NCBI RefSeq assembly: GCF_001194135.2
Contig: NC_068983.1
Coordinates: forward strand, 63,789,795 to 63,853,794
Direction: 5' to 3'
Origin: Octopus bimaculoides
Lineage: Eukaryota
Length of the DNA: 64,000 nucleotides
Below are positions 13,601 to 24,919 of the stretch, piece by piece. The notes under the pieces are model-generated. The model was not told where the DNA came from. It worked only from the letters and a program-made list of their open reading frames with translations, and did not search any database. The translations under genes and the position numbers were made by a program. Numbering within the stretch: position 1 is the stretch's first letter; every line of letters begins with the position of its first letter.

Positions 13601-15330
13601 CTTCTTTATTAATCACGAAGGCTCACACATAAACGAAAACTATAGGAGAGCATAGTTACAAAAAAAAAATTGTAAACAAAATGCATACCAAACAAAACAG
13701 GTCTTAATATAATTTCAACAAGGAGTATATCCCAAAAAGGAGAGACACCAGATGGTTACTCGAAGAAACCCTCATAATAAGTACGGTCGTTCTGACCAAT
13801 AAAGCAAGCGCTACCTACATGCCCTCCTCCGCCACTTCTAAAAGCTCAACTTCAAAGCAGATACGTTCACTCAGAGCATTCTCTCCACTCTCATCTAACT
13901 CTCAACGAATTTGCCGGAAGGTTGCATTTTCCACTCTATCCTCATGTTTCGTTTCAAGTGAAATTATAAGAAGCTGATGAGCGCTTGGGAATAAATGTGT
14001 GCATCGTCTGCTTCCAGTCCATCACATAATATCTTTCGTTATGGCCACAAGACAGACACGACTTGTCTGAAACTTCTATAACCCGAAGAATACAGCGGGT
14101 CGGATGGTCTTTTGCTATGGACTTGGCTGTTACTCGCACTTGTCATACACGTGCCAACATGTGCACAATATAAATTGATAACATTCAGAACGATATATAA
14201 ATCAGAACGATATAAATTGATAACATTCAGAAATGCTGCTCTACACGAATTTCGTTCGGGTCCGGCTGCATATCCGTGGCTGTAAATCTTATGTCGAACC
14301 GGCAATGCATTGCCAGGTCAGGAATATCTGTAAATTATTCATGGCCGCTCGACTGAAATTTTCCAAAACTGCCAACAAGTTGATTTTCACGGGGTCGGTA
14401 TTTCTGTGAATCTAATTTGTTGGACACTAATCCGTTACAGAATATCCCCAATGTAGGATTTTCGCTGGTCGGATTGGCATTAAGTTGTAGGGAGTTCTGA
14501 GCTCCTGGTAACGCAGGTGTCAAGCAGCTGTCTCGAACTTTCTTTGAACCAAGACTGTAGCTTTGTCAATCAGATAAACTAGGTAAAATGCGTCTGACAA
14601 AAAACAGTAACACCTGATCACTATCAGAGACGTGCAGATGTCGGAATCTCAACACGTCTGCTCATCATTAGCTGTGTCTGGCCTATTCCTCCACTAGCAG
14701 GTGTTGATAGTTAAGGACGCGACTGACCCGTAGGATGCGTCCATTTCACTTAACGCGAAAGAGCGAGGCTCCAGCCTCTCTCAACGTGAAACATGTGGCA
14801 AACCAGAGTTTTTAATTAGGAAAGGATGACAGAAAAAATGTAGGTGTTTATATCCTCACTCGACTCTTCAGTTGTAGCTTCCTTTTCGGAAATTTGTGGG
14901 TAAGACTGTCTACTCTGCTCATCACCGCGTGCCATTTGAAGCCCACCTGAGGATCTGAAAGAAAATCATACCCCGAGCAATTTAATCGGTTCCAATCGGT
15001 GCACGAGATGCAGCCACATTTTTCGGTTAAGTTTTACTCGTGTCACCGACTCGTGTTCCCTTAGAACAGCTCCGATCACTTCGATGTGCCAGGGCTCCCA
15101 CATTACGATGCCTACGTCGTCCGTTTATGCTGATACAGATTTTTCGCATCCTAATTGGTGGCGGACGACTCCCAAAGCATCTAGTCTCCTTTTTCGTGAC
15201 TCTAGAATCAGTATATAGAAAATGAACGGCATGGAACAAATTGGATGAATCGAACGCATGATGCTGAACGGTTCTGATAAATGGTCATTTACTCTGATCA
15301 TCGAATAGATTTTGTTGTACATTCAGGCAT
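13601..15330 (-). mobile_element. 5'-truncated, decayed L1/Tx1-like LINE (RT to 3' end), interrupted at 14146-14306
   Basis: MIRVNDHLSEPFSIMRSIHPICSMPFIFYILILES (RT), a degenerate YADD near 15120-15140, SCLSCGHNE (zinc finger), and a 3' terminus GTGATTAATAAAGAAG similar to that of the 387-4291 element. Confidence 0.72.
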
Positions 15331-15540
15331 TTAGAAACATGATCTAAAACGGTTATTGGAAGAGCAACTGCCAGTTATTAATGATCGACCAATTCAAAGG
15401 ATTTCGATATTTTTCAATTGCCGGTTCGACATAAGATTTACAACCACGGATACACAACCGGACCCGACCGAGATGTGTGCACAGCTGCAAAACCATTCTG
15501 AATGTTTTCAATTTATATCGTGCACATGTTGGCACGTGTA
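14146..15540. repeat. Inverted repeat pair: 14146-14306 and 15417-15540
   Basis: TACACGTGCCAACATGTGCAC.ATATAAATTGA.AACATTCAGAA...GGGTCCGG.TG..TATCCGTGG.TGTAAATCTTATGTCGAACCGGCAAT on + at 14146 and on - from 15540. Confidence 0.85.
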
Positions 15541-15850
15541 GGTTCTTTATTCATTCTTTCTAAGACATATTGCATTAGACGGATGTTGCCGTGAATAGAT
15601 CTGTTAGGGATTGCGCGCGCTTGAGCTCCCCAATCATACTAAAGACAAGTTTCCAGCTCTTTGCTAACATTTCGGTCCAAATCATGAAATCTGCGTTAAA
15701 CGTACTTAATCAATATGGTTTCTTTTTTTTTGTTTTTGCGAAATACCCCACCAAACCTCGTCTCACAGAAATGAGAATTCTTCCATATTGTGAGTTCAAG
15801 ACCATTCAGAAACAATTCAATGTCTCGTGATGAAGATGATACCTTTGTTT

Positions 15851-15852
<2 letters not shown>

Positions 15853-15899
<47 letters not shown>

Positions 15900-15932
15900 N
15901 NNNNNNNNNNNNNNNNNNNNNNNNNNNNNNNN

Positions 15933-15980
<48 letters not shown>
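15853..15980. repeat. (GA)n microsatellite spanning an N gap
   Basis: Direct reading. Confidence 0.95.
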
Positions 15981-15985
<5 letters not shown>

Positions 15986-17059
15986 AGCTCAATTTTGCAT
16001 GGTTGAGGTGGTGATAGTGTTGCTATTTCTGTTACTACTGTCGGTGCTGAAGCGGGAGTAGTGGTATTAGTGGTAAATTTACTCTGTTCTCTCAGGTTGT
16101 CTCCTTGTAATAGATGTGGTTGTTTTCTGAGTACTATTTTCCTGTTGTTTATAATGGCGGAAGTAATTTTGCTAGTTATGCTGCTGCTGCTGCTACCGTT
16201 CTTGATGATAATAATGATGCGTATAATGCAATTCGTGTCCTTTACTTTCGTCGTTGCCGTCAGTAATTCTGAGTGGTGAGTTAGTGGTCTCGATCTATGG
16301 TGGTGCCACCAGCGGTGATCATTGTTTTGTTTCTATTACCATTGTCGTCACTGCTATTTTTATGCTACTACCTGTTGCATTGACATTAATGATGCTGCTT
16401 TGGCATAAAGCCGCAGTTAAGGTCAAGTAGGAGGCATCAATACTGAAGTTCGAAAGTCTATTTACTTGCCTCCGTAACTTGCCGAAAATTTTGATGCTAT
16501 GTTTTAATAGGAAAACGTAACAAATTCTGTCCCGAAGGCCCAAAACAAAACTGAACTGTTCCTTAGAATCCTGAAAAGTTTCAGAACAAAGACTTTAACA
16601 AAAGACTTTTTAGAATACTGCTAAAAGGAAACCAAAATTACGAATGATTTGTAGTGGGATCTTTCCGATAGAAAAATCAATAGAAGAAAAAGATGAAGTA
16701 TACATAGAACAACAAAAACATGAACAACACGAACAACAGTAACAATAGAATGAATATCAATATGATGTTGATGATTATGATGATGATGATGCTTCTCTTA
16801 CGTGATCTCTTATTTAGTAGCTCTCTCAAGAAATAATGAAGGACAATATTTAGTTTTAAACTAATTTGTTTTATATTATTAGATATTACTGTTCGTTCGA
16901 AAAGAAAACACTAACTTCTAATGAGAATTAGCAAATATTTTTAAACTGACGAAAATAAGTTTAAGTTACTTTAAAGAATTCATCTTTGAATGTATTGTAT
17001 GCTGGACAAATGCAAAATATTTCATTCGAAGAATGTGTGTGATTACTATTTATATTAAT

Positions 17060-18305
17060 AACGGTCTCAAATGTTGGCAGAAGGCCAGCAAGTTCGGGGA
17101 AAAATGTTAAGTCGATTACATCGACCCAAGTACTCAACTGCTACCGATTTTATCGACCCGAGAGGACGATAGGCAAAGTCAACCTGAGTGGAATTTGAAC
17201 TCAGAACGTAAAGACGGGCGAAATACCGCTCAGCATTTTGTTCATGATAAAAAAGCTACCACCTCGCCCCTTTCTATTTATATTAATAATGGTTTCAAAT
17301 TTTGGCACAAGGCCGGCAAGTTCAACGTGGGGCGGGATAAGTCATTTACATCGACCCCAGTACTTATTTTATCGACACCGGAAGGATGAAAGGCAAAGTC
17401 AGCCTTGACGGAATGTGAACTCAGAATATAAAGACGGACGAAATGCTGCTAAGTATTTGCCCGGCGTACTAACGATTCCTTAAGCTCGCTGCCTTACTAT
17501 TAGTATTAATAATATCATTTCAAATAACCTACCAGTCCAGTACTGGGGTAAATGGCATCAACCAATCTCTTCGCCCAAAATTTCATGCCTTTTATCTACG
17601 CTAGGATATTTATAACGGTGGTGGTTTGGCCGATAATATAGACGGTCAGGAAAATGTTTTGCGATATTTCTTCTGCCTCTTCACATTCTCACCGAGATCA
17701 TCTTTGTCTTTTTCATCCTTTCGGGATATGTAAAATATATTATCAGTTAAGTTTCGGGGTCCATGCAATTTATTAACTCCTCCCTTCTAAATTCATGGCA
17801 TTGTGCTTACATCAGTTATCATTAAAGTGCAGGGAAAGATAGAGTCATTATAACACCAGAAAGAGTTTTTTCGCTGTCTAAATACTAAATATTAGCATTG
17901 TTTTCAAATTGTGGCACAAAGCCAACAATTTTGGGGGCAGAGCTAATCGATTACATTGACTTTAATACTGAACTGGTACTTATTCTATGGACCCTGAAAG
18001 GATGAAATGCAAATTCGACCCTGGCAGCATTTGAACTCAGACGGTAAAGACGGATGGAATGGCGCCCATGATTTTGTCTTGCATGCTACGATTCTTTTCT
18101 ACTCTAGGCACAAGGGCCGACATTTTGGAGGAGTGTCTAGTCGATTAGATCGACCCCAGTACGCAACTCGTAATTAATTTATCGACCCTTTAAAGGATGA
18201 AAAGCAAAGTTGACCTCGGCGGAATTTGACTCAGAATGTAAAGACAGACGAAATACCGCTAAGCATTTTGCCCGGCGTGCTAACGATTCTGCCAGCTCGC
18301 TACCT
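17060..18305 (-). mobile_element. Cluster of tRNA-derived SINEs (four minus-strand copies plus a plus-strand fragment at ~17680-17800)
   Basis: Repeated ...ggtttcaaattttggcacaagg...gtcgattacatcgaccccagtact...ggatgaaaggcaaagtcgacctcggcggaatttgaactcagaa...gccagctcg units. Confidence 0.8.
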
Positions 18306-18384
18306 TAATGTTGAATAATAATATTAATTGCAAACAGAAAACGTCGAATTCATAACATCGTTATTAAATGCCTTACAAATGCAG

Positions 18385-18472
18385 TTCCATCCGAGATCAG
18401 TTTTTGCACAATCTAGATGAAGACGATTTTATCGTTTATCGATTGATAGTCGATAAGAAAACTATCAAACAG
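18385..18472 (+). CDS. Candidate host-gene exon A (phase 2 to 0): SIRDQFLHNLDEDDFIVYRLIVDKKTIKQ
   Basis: tgcAG acceptor, CAG|GTACTA donor, only one of three frames open, non-repetitive sequence, phase-compatible with exon B. Confidence 0.4.
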
Positions 18473-19788
18473 GTACTAGAATCAGATCAATAGACTACAC
18501 TCTGATCCAACATCTTTGTGGACTGTGAACTCGAACAAAACAACTGAAAGAATAAAGTTAATCAATATTAATATTAGTAACAGAGCAGAAATTTGTTAGA
18601 AATTGGAATACCTGGATAATGACCTTATAGTATATTGCTTGCAGTTATTAAATTTGCAGAATTTTGTTTGTCGAAAATATCTCCCATGTTTGTATTGCCA
18701 TCTCACATATCCAAGGAAAATAATTTTCGACTTGCAAAAAGCAGACAAACAGTGACAGAAAATAAAACATTCGATAGTCAGGCTGATTAGATCCTTATCG
18801 AGTGATCAGTAATCTTATCCTTCATTATTTCCCGATAAACAAAGAGTATATGGGACGGTATTGAACTCTATTTTCTGTGGAGTTAAGCAGTCGAAATAAA
18901 AAGAAATTCCTGAGTAGTATATTGTTCGAATGTTGTTAGATATATATTCATAAATATAACAAAATAAGCATTCAAAGATAGCTAAACACTTATTAAAATC
19001 TCTTGTTGTCTCAGCATGCAGCAAGGAATTATATATCCCGTCTTGAATTATTTTAATCCAGACTCTACATTTTAGAAAAACCCAAACCATTGTATATAAC
19101 GTATCCATTAGTATCCCATTGATTAAGTGGAGTGAACTATGATACTCAACTAAATAAGTCACTTTTATGGTTTCTGTTAAACAACTAAAAAATATATCTG
19201 TGAGAAAAAAGAGAATTTTGGCTGGTCTGAATTATGTTAAAAAGCATTCCAGCTTTAATTATTTTTCACTTCTAAAAAGTTGTAGGTTATAGTTTGAGGG
19301 TAATTTGACTTCATTTTCTAGCATTTTGAACGACCACATAGAATCTATCAGCGAACGATCTCTGGTTACGGCGAATGATATTTCAGGACATCAACTTCAT
19401 CTCCATGTATTTGAATGTGTACCTTGAGTGTATTATTAATAGAGAATCTAGATGATAACGAACATACAAAAACTAGAAGCGGAAATGTAGGTTTTGTATA
19501 TTAGGTGCCATATTTAGATATACAAGTACATATTTTTACCGAGAAAAAAAGTTTACTCGACATCTCTGCATTTCAAAAGCATGATTACTAAAGGAAAGGA
19601 ATTTAAATCCACAGGAATAGATATATGTTTGTTTTATTCTCCATAATATCTATTAAAATAAGACCAACGCTATAATGATATTAAATATATAGTTAGGCTT
19701 CTAACTAGTTGCACAGCCAGATAGACATAACATATAGCATACATCCCGATCCCGTCCTACTTATATATAAAGTACTATATTATCTATT

Positions 19789-20138
19789 TTCAACTTTACG
19801 ATGAAAGTAAACAAACAAAGTTTGTTGTTTTCTTTTTTTTTAGAAGCGTTGAGATGTATTGTAAGATACAGAAATAAATTTATTTCTCAAACGCGTGATA
19901 ATGCTATAAATAGCGTGATCAGGATAAATTATCCATTTATTGCAGAAAAATGCGTTACTGGCCAGCCATGAGACTCGAACTCACATCTCTGCGATTACGC
20001 GTCAAGTGTTTTACCATTAAACTAAACTGCCCAGCAACGAATTCTTCTGCAATTTTAGAACTTATAAATTTAACTTCATAAGACGCTAACGTAAAATTCA
20101 AAAGAACAAACTTTGTTTAATTTCATCGTAAAGTTGAA
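19789..20138. mobile_element. MITE-like element with ~35-bp terminal inverted repeats, carrying a tRNA-like sequence
   Basis: Left TTCAACTTTACGATGAAAGTAAAC(AAAC)AAAGTTTGTT (19789-19826); right AACAAACTTTGTTTAATTTCATCGTAAAGTTGAA (20105-20138). Confidence 0.7.
19959..20032 (-). tRNA. tRNA-Thr(CGT)-like pseudogene, copy 1
   Basis: GGGCAGTTTAGTTTAATGGTAAAACACTTGACGCGTAATCGCAGAGATGTGAGTTCGAGTCTCATGGCTGGCCA: A box, D stem GTTT/AAAC, B box GTTCGAGTC, T5 terminator just downstream. The anticodon arm is degenerate, so probably non-functional. Confidence 0.6.
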
Positions 20139-20202
20139 TTTAACGTTAGCGTCTTATGAAGCTAAATTTATAAATTCTAAAATTGAAGCAGAATTCGTTG
20201 CT

Positions 20203-20276
20203 GGGCCGTTTAGTTTAATGGTAAAACACTTGACGCGTAATCACAGAGATGTGAGTTCGAGTACCATGGCTGGCCA
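20203..20276 (+). tRNA. tRNA-Thr(CGT)-like pseudogene, copy 2 (inverted duplicate)
   Basis: GGGCCGTTTAGTTTAATGGTAAAACACTTGACGCGTAATCACAGAGATGTGAGTTCGAGTACCATGGCTGGCCA followed by GTAACGTATTTTT. Confidence 0.58.
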
Positions 20277-21197
20277 GTAACGTATTTTTCTGCAATAAAT
20301 GGATAATTTATTTTGATCACGCTATTATCTATTTTATTTTAATTTAAAATGCGGACCATTTTGGAAAGTGTAATTTTTTGTTTGGGATGATAATAGTTTG
20401 CTTTTCTTTGATCGTGGTGTGTTCTACAACAATAACAATATATACCATACAAGTCGAAGAAATGTCGGTTGACTGGATCAGTGCTTATCACCGGTGGTAG
20501 TTCTTTATATAAAATAGACAAAATAAATAAATATTGATGAGATTTTAAATCGCTAACGTGTTGAGACAAAATTCCACTTTGTAAGCTTTTTTGCCGCCAA
20601 AATTTCTAACCCAGTATATTAAATATGATAACGAGTTAGTGGTTTAAGCTTTCTATATAAAAGCATTTTAAACTTGGAGTCTTTTCGAACTCGTACGCAC
20701 TTTATGAGGGGAAGTATAGAAATATTAACTTATTTCTTTATTCAGATAGTGGACGTTGGTAACTAGATTCAGGTAATTGATTGAAATACATGGTATGTCT
20801 TGTACTTTGTCGTCAGTAAATAAAAACGATAAATGTTGTGAAAGTATAAGAAAATTCCCAACAAGTGTTTTATACACTCAAATGACATTTATCAACATGA
20901 AATTTCATATATCGAAGAAAGAAGAGAGTAGCCCTGCATTAAGATTGTTGCTAAAAACGAAATTCCTTGCAATAAATATATAATACATAATGTGTTCTAA
21001 GATGATTTCAGCACTTTATAGACAGAACTGAAGTATGCACTTTATAAATGCATGAATAATGCAATGCATTAGAGAGATGCTTAACCATATTAAGAAGAGT
21101 TGCTTATAAACCATTTTCATTAAATCTACTAAAGCTTGATATCGCTTCTGAGTGTTTCTAGATCTTACTACTTGATATCCCTTCTGAGTGTTTCTAG

Positions 21198-21265
21198 ACT
21201 ACTATCAAAAGTCTATCGGACATTATTTTCTCCTATTATGTGTCTGATGAGGGACTGGTGGGGAG
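21198..21265 (+). CDS. Candidate host-gene exon B (phase 0 to 2): TTIKSLSDIIFSYYVSDEGLVG
   Basis: tttctAG acceptor, consensus GAG|GTAAGT donor, open frame; phases match exons A and C. Confidence 0.45.
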
Positions 21266-21835
21266 GTAAGTCATACAACGTTTAAGATTAAGGATAATAA
21301 TTAATTTTGTTTTTGTCATTGTTTCGTTTCACGCTCTCTGTGATTGGGCTCAATCGTGATGAAGTGTCTCCAAAATGTATGTTAACGATTGCATTGACCA
21401 AAGCAGTCTTTCCATTTGTAAAATGGTAAGGTGTGATTTGAAAGTTACATGGTTGCTTTCTAGCAAATTGAAAGGGAGCGTTGAAGTTGCTATAGTTTTC
21501 TTATTTTTTCTTTATTTGCAGGAATCGAAATTTTCCGCTCATTTTAAATCATACATTAAAACCTTATGGTATACGTATTTCGCCTTTAAAATGCTCCACA
21601 GATACTACTCTCAGTGTTATTATTGTTCATGTGAATAAACAGCTACAATCATTTCCCTCTAATTTGCTAAACATATATAATATGCCTTTAAGTGTTGCCC
21701 TCTGAAATGAAGCAGTAAAAGAACTCGAACCATATCAGGTTTTTTTTCACCAGTTGGCATTAAATACAAGATCTTCGCCAAAGAGTATTATTTTTGCAGG
21801 ATGGAGTGCACATGTTACCCATTCAGAAATAAACA

Positions 21836-22004
21836 CAAACACACACACACACACCGACACCGACACACACACACACATACATACATACATACATACATAC
21901 ATACATACATACATACATACACATCTATGTATGTACGTATGTATGTATGTATGTATCTATCTATCTATCTATCTATCTATCTACCTATCTATTTATCTAT
22001 CTAT
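21836..22004. repeat. Compound (CA)n/(CATA)n/(TATG)n/(CTAT)n microsatellite
   Basis: Direct reading. Confidence 0.95.
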
Positions 22005-22087
22005 AAAAGAGGTGTATTTCTACGCAGGAAAAGATATAGGAAAAATTGTTGTTGAAAAAGCACTTAAATTTGAAAAACGTGTAATTG

Positions 22088-23803
22088 TTTTTAAATAAAT
22101 TTATTTACATACATACCAAACTAGTTTCAACAATTTTATTGTTCATAAATTGTAAAAAACTTAAAATTATTAATTATAAAAACATGTTTAAAAGTTTCAA
22201 CGTTTAGTAGTTTCACTAATATCAAATAAGATTTAAATATTCATAACATTCAATAACATAAAAAAATATGGATCACCTTATTTACAACACTAAATTCAAT
22301 ACTGTTAGAAGTCATCGATAGGAAATGTGGATCATCAAACCTTTGGTCATACTGAGTTAAGATTCAATAATATCAAATATGATTTAAATGTTCAAAACAT
22401 TCAATAATGCCAAAAAATTGGATCATCTTATTTATATATACAAAATTCACTAGTGTTAGAAGTGATCGATAAGAAATGTGGATGACCAAATGTTCGGTCA
22501 TACTAGGTTAAATAGGAGAAAAACAAGGGAGAAATGAAGATAGTAAAAATAGGGTTTTGCTTACAGTTTCTGTGATTCGTTTTCCGTCTTGTGCAGGGAC
22601 TTTAGCTTTAACGGCGTTTTTTGGAATCAGGTGTATTTATATTTTTTTTCTGTGAACGGATCTGATTTTTGAGTCGTTAAAGTACTGGAGACGTCTTATT
22701 TTTCTGGTGGTCAAGTTTGTCGTTCTGCCTGGTTGGCTTCCCTGTGGGGAACGGTCATCAGCCGTTACAGTTGGTTGATTCTCTTAAAGGGTCATTTTCT
22801 TGTATTTCCTGCAATTCGGTTTCGGTGCGAGGTAAAATTTCATTGGTCTAGAGTTAGATGATGTCAGCAACTTGTGTTATTATATGGTGATTTGTAGTTG
22901 CGGTTTCGAAACTTGCGTGGTAAAAAAATGTTACTAAATCTTTTTGAGTTATGTCGGTTGTATCGGGTTGTATTTTGTGGAAAAATTGGGTCTTTTTTAC
23001 CCTTTTTCTCTTTAGTGTATTTTCTTCTTTCTAACGGATATTCAGTTGTCGATGATATTTTTTAAATGAGCATGCTTTCCTTATTCAAACGGAATTGGGT
23101 TCAAAGGAATTGAAAATTTACAAACACCAGTTGCTGACGTCAGCTAACTCTAGACCAATGAAATTTTTACCTCCGATCAAAACCGAACTTTAGCAAGTAC
23201 AATAAAGTGACCCTTTAAGAGAATCAACAGTTTCCCACTGGGAAGCCAACCAGGCAGAACGACAAGAAAAATAAGACGTCACCAGTACTTTAACGAATCA
23301 AAAATCAGATCCGTTCACGGAAAAAAATTATAAATACTCCGGATTCCAAAAAACGCTGTTATAAGCTAAAGTCCCTGCACACGATGGAAGAAAACTCAAA
23401 GAAACTGTAAACAAAACTCTTTTTTTACTATCTTCCTTTGTCCCTTTTTCTCTCTCTCTTAACCCAATATGACCGAAACTTTGGTGATCCACATTTCCTA
23501 TCGATCACTTCTAGCACTATTGAATTTTGTACATTTAAACAAGATGATCCACATTTTTATAGTATTCAATTTGATATTATTGAATGTTGACTGAGTATGA
23601 TTGAAACTTTGATGATTCACATTTCTTCTAACAGTATTGAATTTGGTGACTTTTTAATATTATTGAATGTTATGAATATTTAAATCATATCTGAAAATTT
23701 TAAACATGTTTTTCTAATTCATGATTAAAAATTTTTACCATTGATAAAGAAAAAATATTGTTGAAACTAGTTTGGTATGTATGTAAATAAATTTATTTAA
23801 AAA
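22088..23803. mobile_element. Penelope-like derivative arranged as a long inverted repeat (pLTR arms ~22088-22878 and ~23127-23803)
   Basis: The arms are reverse complements (e.g. TAAATAAATTTATTTACATACATACCAAACTAGTTTCAACAAT and its complement at 23757-23802). The spacer resembles the GIY-YIG 3' region of the Penelope at ~52.85 kb (GGAAAGCATGCTCATT...ACCCAATTTTTCCAC). Confidence 0.75.
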
Positions 23804-23828
23804 CACACACACGCACACAAATATATAC

Positions 23829-23882
<54 letters not shown>

Positions 23883-24539
23883 TAAAATACAGTGTACGTT
23901 TAAACACATAAGAGGTATCCATCTTGGGATTCCTCACGCTAGAAAGAACTGCTAGGTTCCAAAAGAAGAATGATAAATTCAAGGATAACAACAATTTAGT
24001 CTTTGGACTAAATTTTTACACGCTAGACCATACATACATAAATGCATAATTGCATACATACATGCATACATACATACATACATACATTCATACACACACA
24101 TACATACATACATACATACATGCATACATACATACGCTGGCGCACTGAGATATGTGACACACTGCCTGAATACCAATCTTGAGAAATAAGGCTTTTCAAA
24201 TCCAGAAATGAGAAAGCAGATTCGAAGATTCAAAGGGAATTCCAAGCCATCACTGGAACTGTAAAATTCTTTCCAGAAGTTTATTATTTATGTATATATG
24301 AGCTTGTCTAGTTATACAGCTATATGCATGAGAAGACGTGCATAAAACAAAACATACAAAACTGCACGTATATATTCATACACACACATAGTTACATAAT
24401 ACATACATACATGCATACATACATACATACATGTCACTAATACTTCGTCCCGTCTTTTTCAGTTCGTGCCTCACTGCGTTCATATACACATAATTTTTCA
24501 CGTCTGGCAGCACAGCCTTTTCCATTTGTTTTCCTGTTT

Positions 24540-24870
24540 TGTTTTCTTTTCCATTTGCTTTCCTGTGTTGTTTTTTGTCCGCCACTACATTCCTCCATGG
24601 CACAGGTTTAATTTGTGTATACAATTTTTATTTGCGGTCCATGGGAAGAGCCGTTTTAACGATGCGTCTTGCCCAACTCTTCGAAACGCCGGTGTTAAAA
24701 CGGGGGTAGCTGATGAAGGAAAATGTTCTCTATGTGGCTTGTGTGTTTTCTGTACTCTGGTTATTATTATTTTCTTGTCCACGTTTTGTTTGCAATGTCC
24801 TGTACCCAAATATGCACCTATATATACAGGTAGACGTAGGTATGCACATACCTGTACGTATATATGCATA
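24540..24870. repeat. Unclassified dispersed repeat, probably pLTR-derived; related copy at ~37720-37870 in opposite orientation
   Basis: GTCCACGTT...TGTACC...TATATATACA.GTAG..GTA shared with the reverse complement of 37720-37810; a similar CTGATGAAGG motif occurs at ~54290. Confidence 0.35.
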
Positions 24871-24884
24871 TATTCATTTATTAT

Positions 24885-24919
<35 letters not shown>

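Noticed and set aside
16264-16275. 12-nt microexon-like signal
   Set aside because: It lies in low-complexity (GTG/ATG/CTG)-rich sequence and is easily explained by chance.
19959-20276. Functional tRNA-Thr genes
   Set aside because: G instead of U before the anticodon, a mismatched anticodon stem and an imperfect acceptor stem in both copies.
20745-20773. AG/GT-bounded 27-nt segment between exons A and B
   Set aside because: Stops in all three frames; the shorter 13-nt version is phase-incompatible with the chain.
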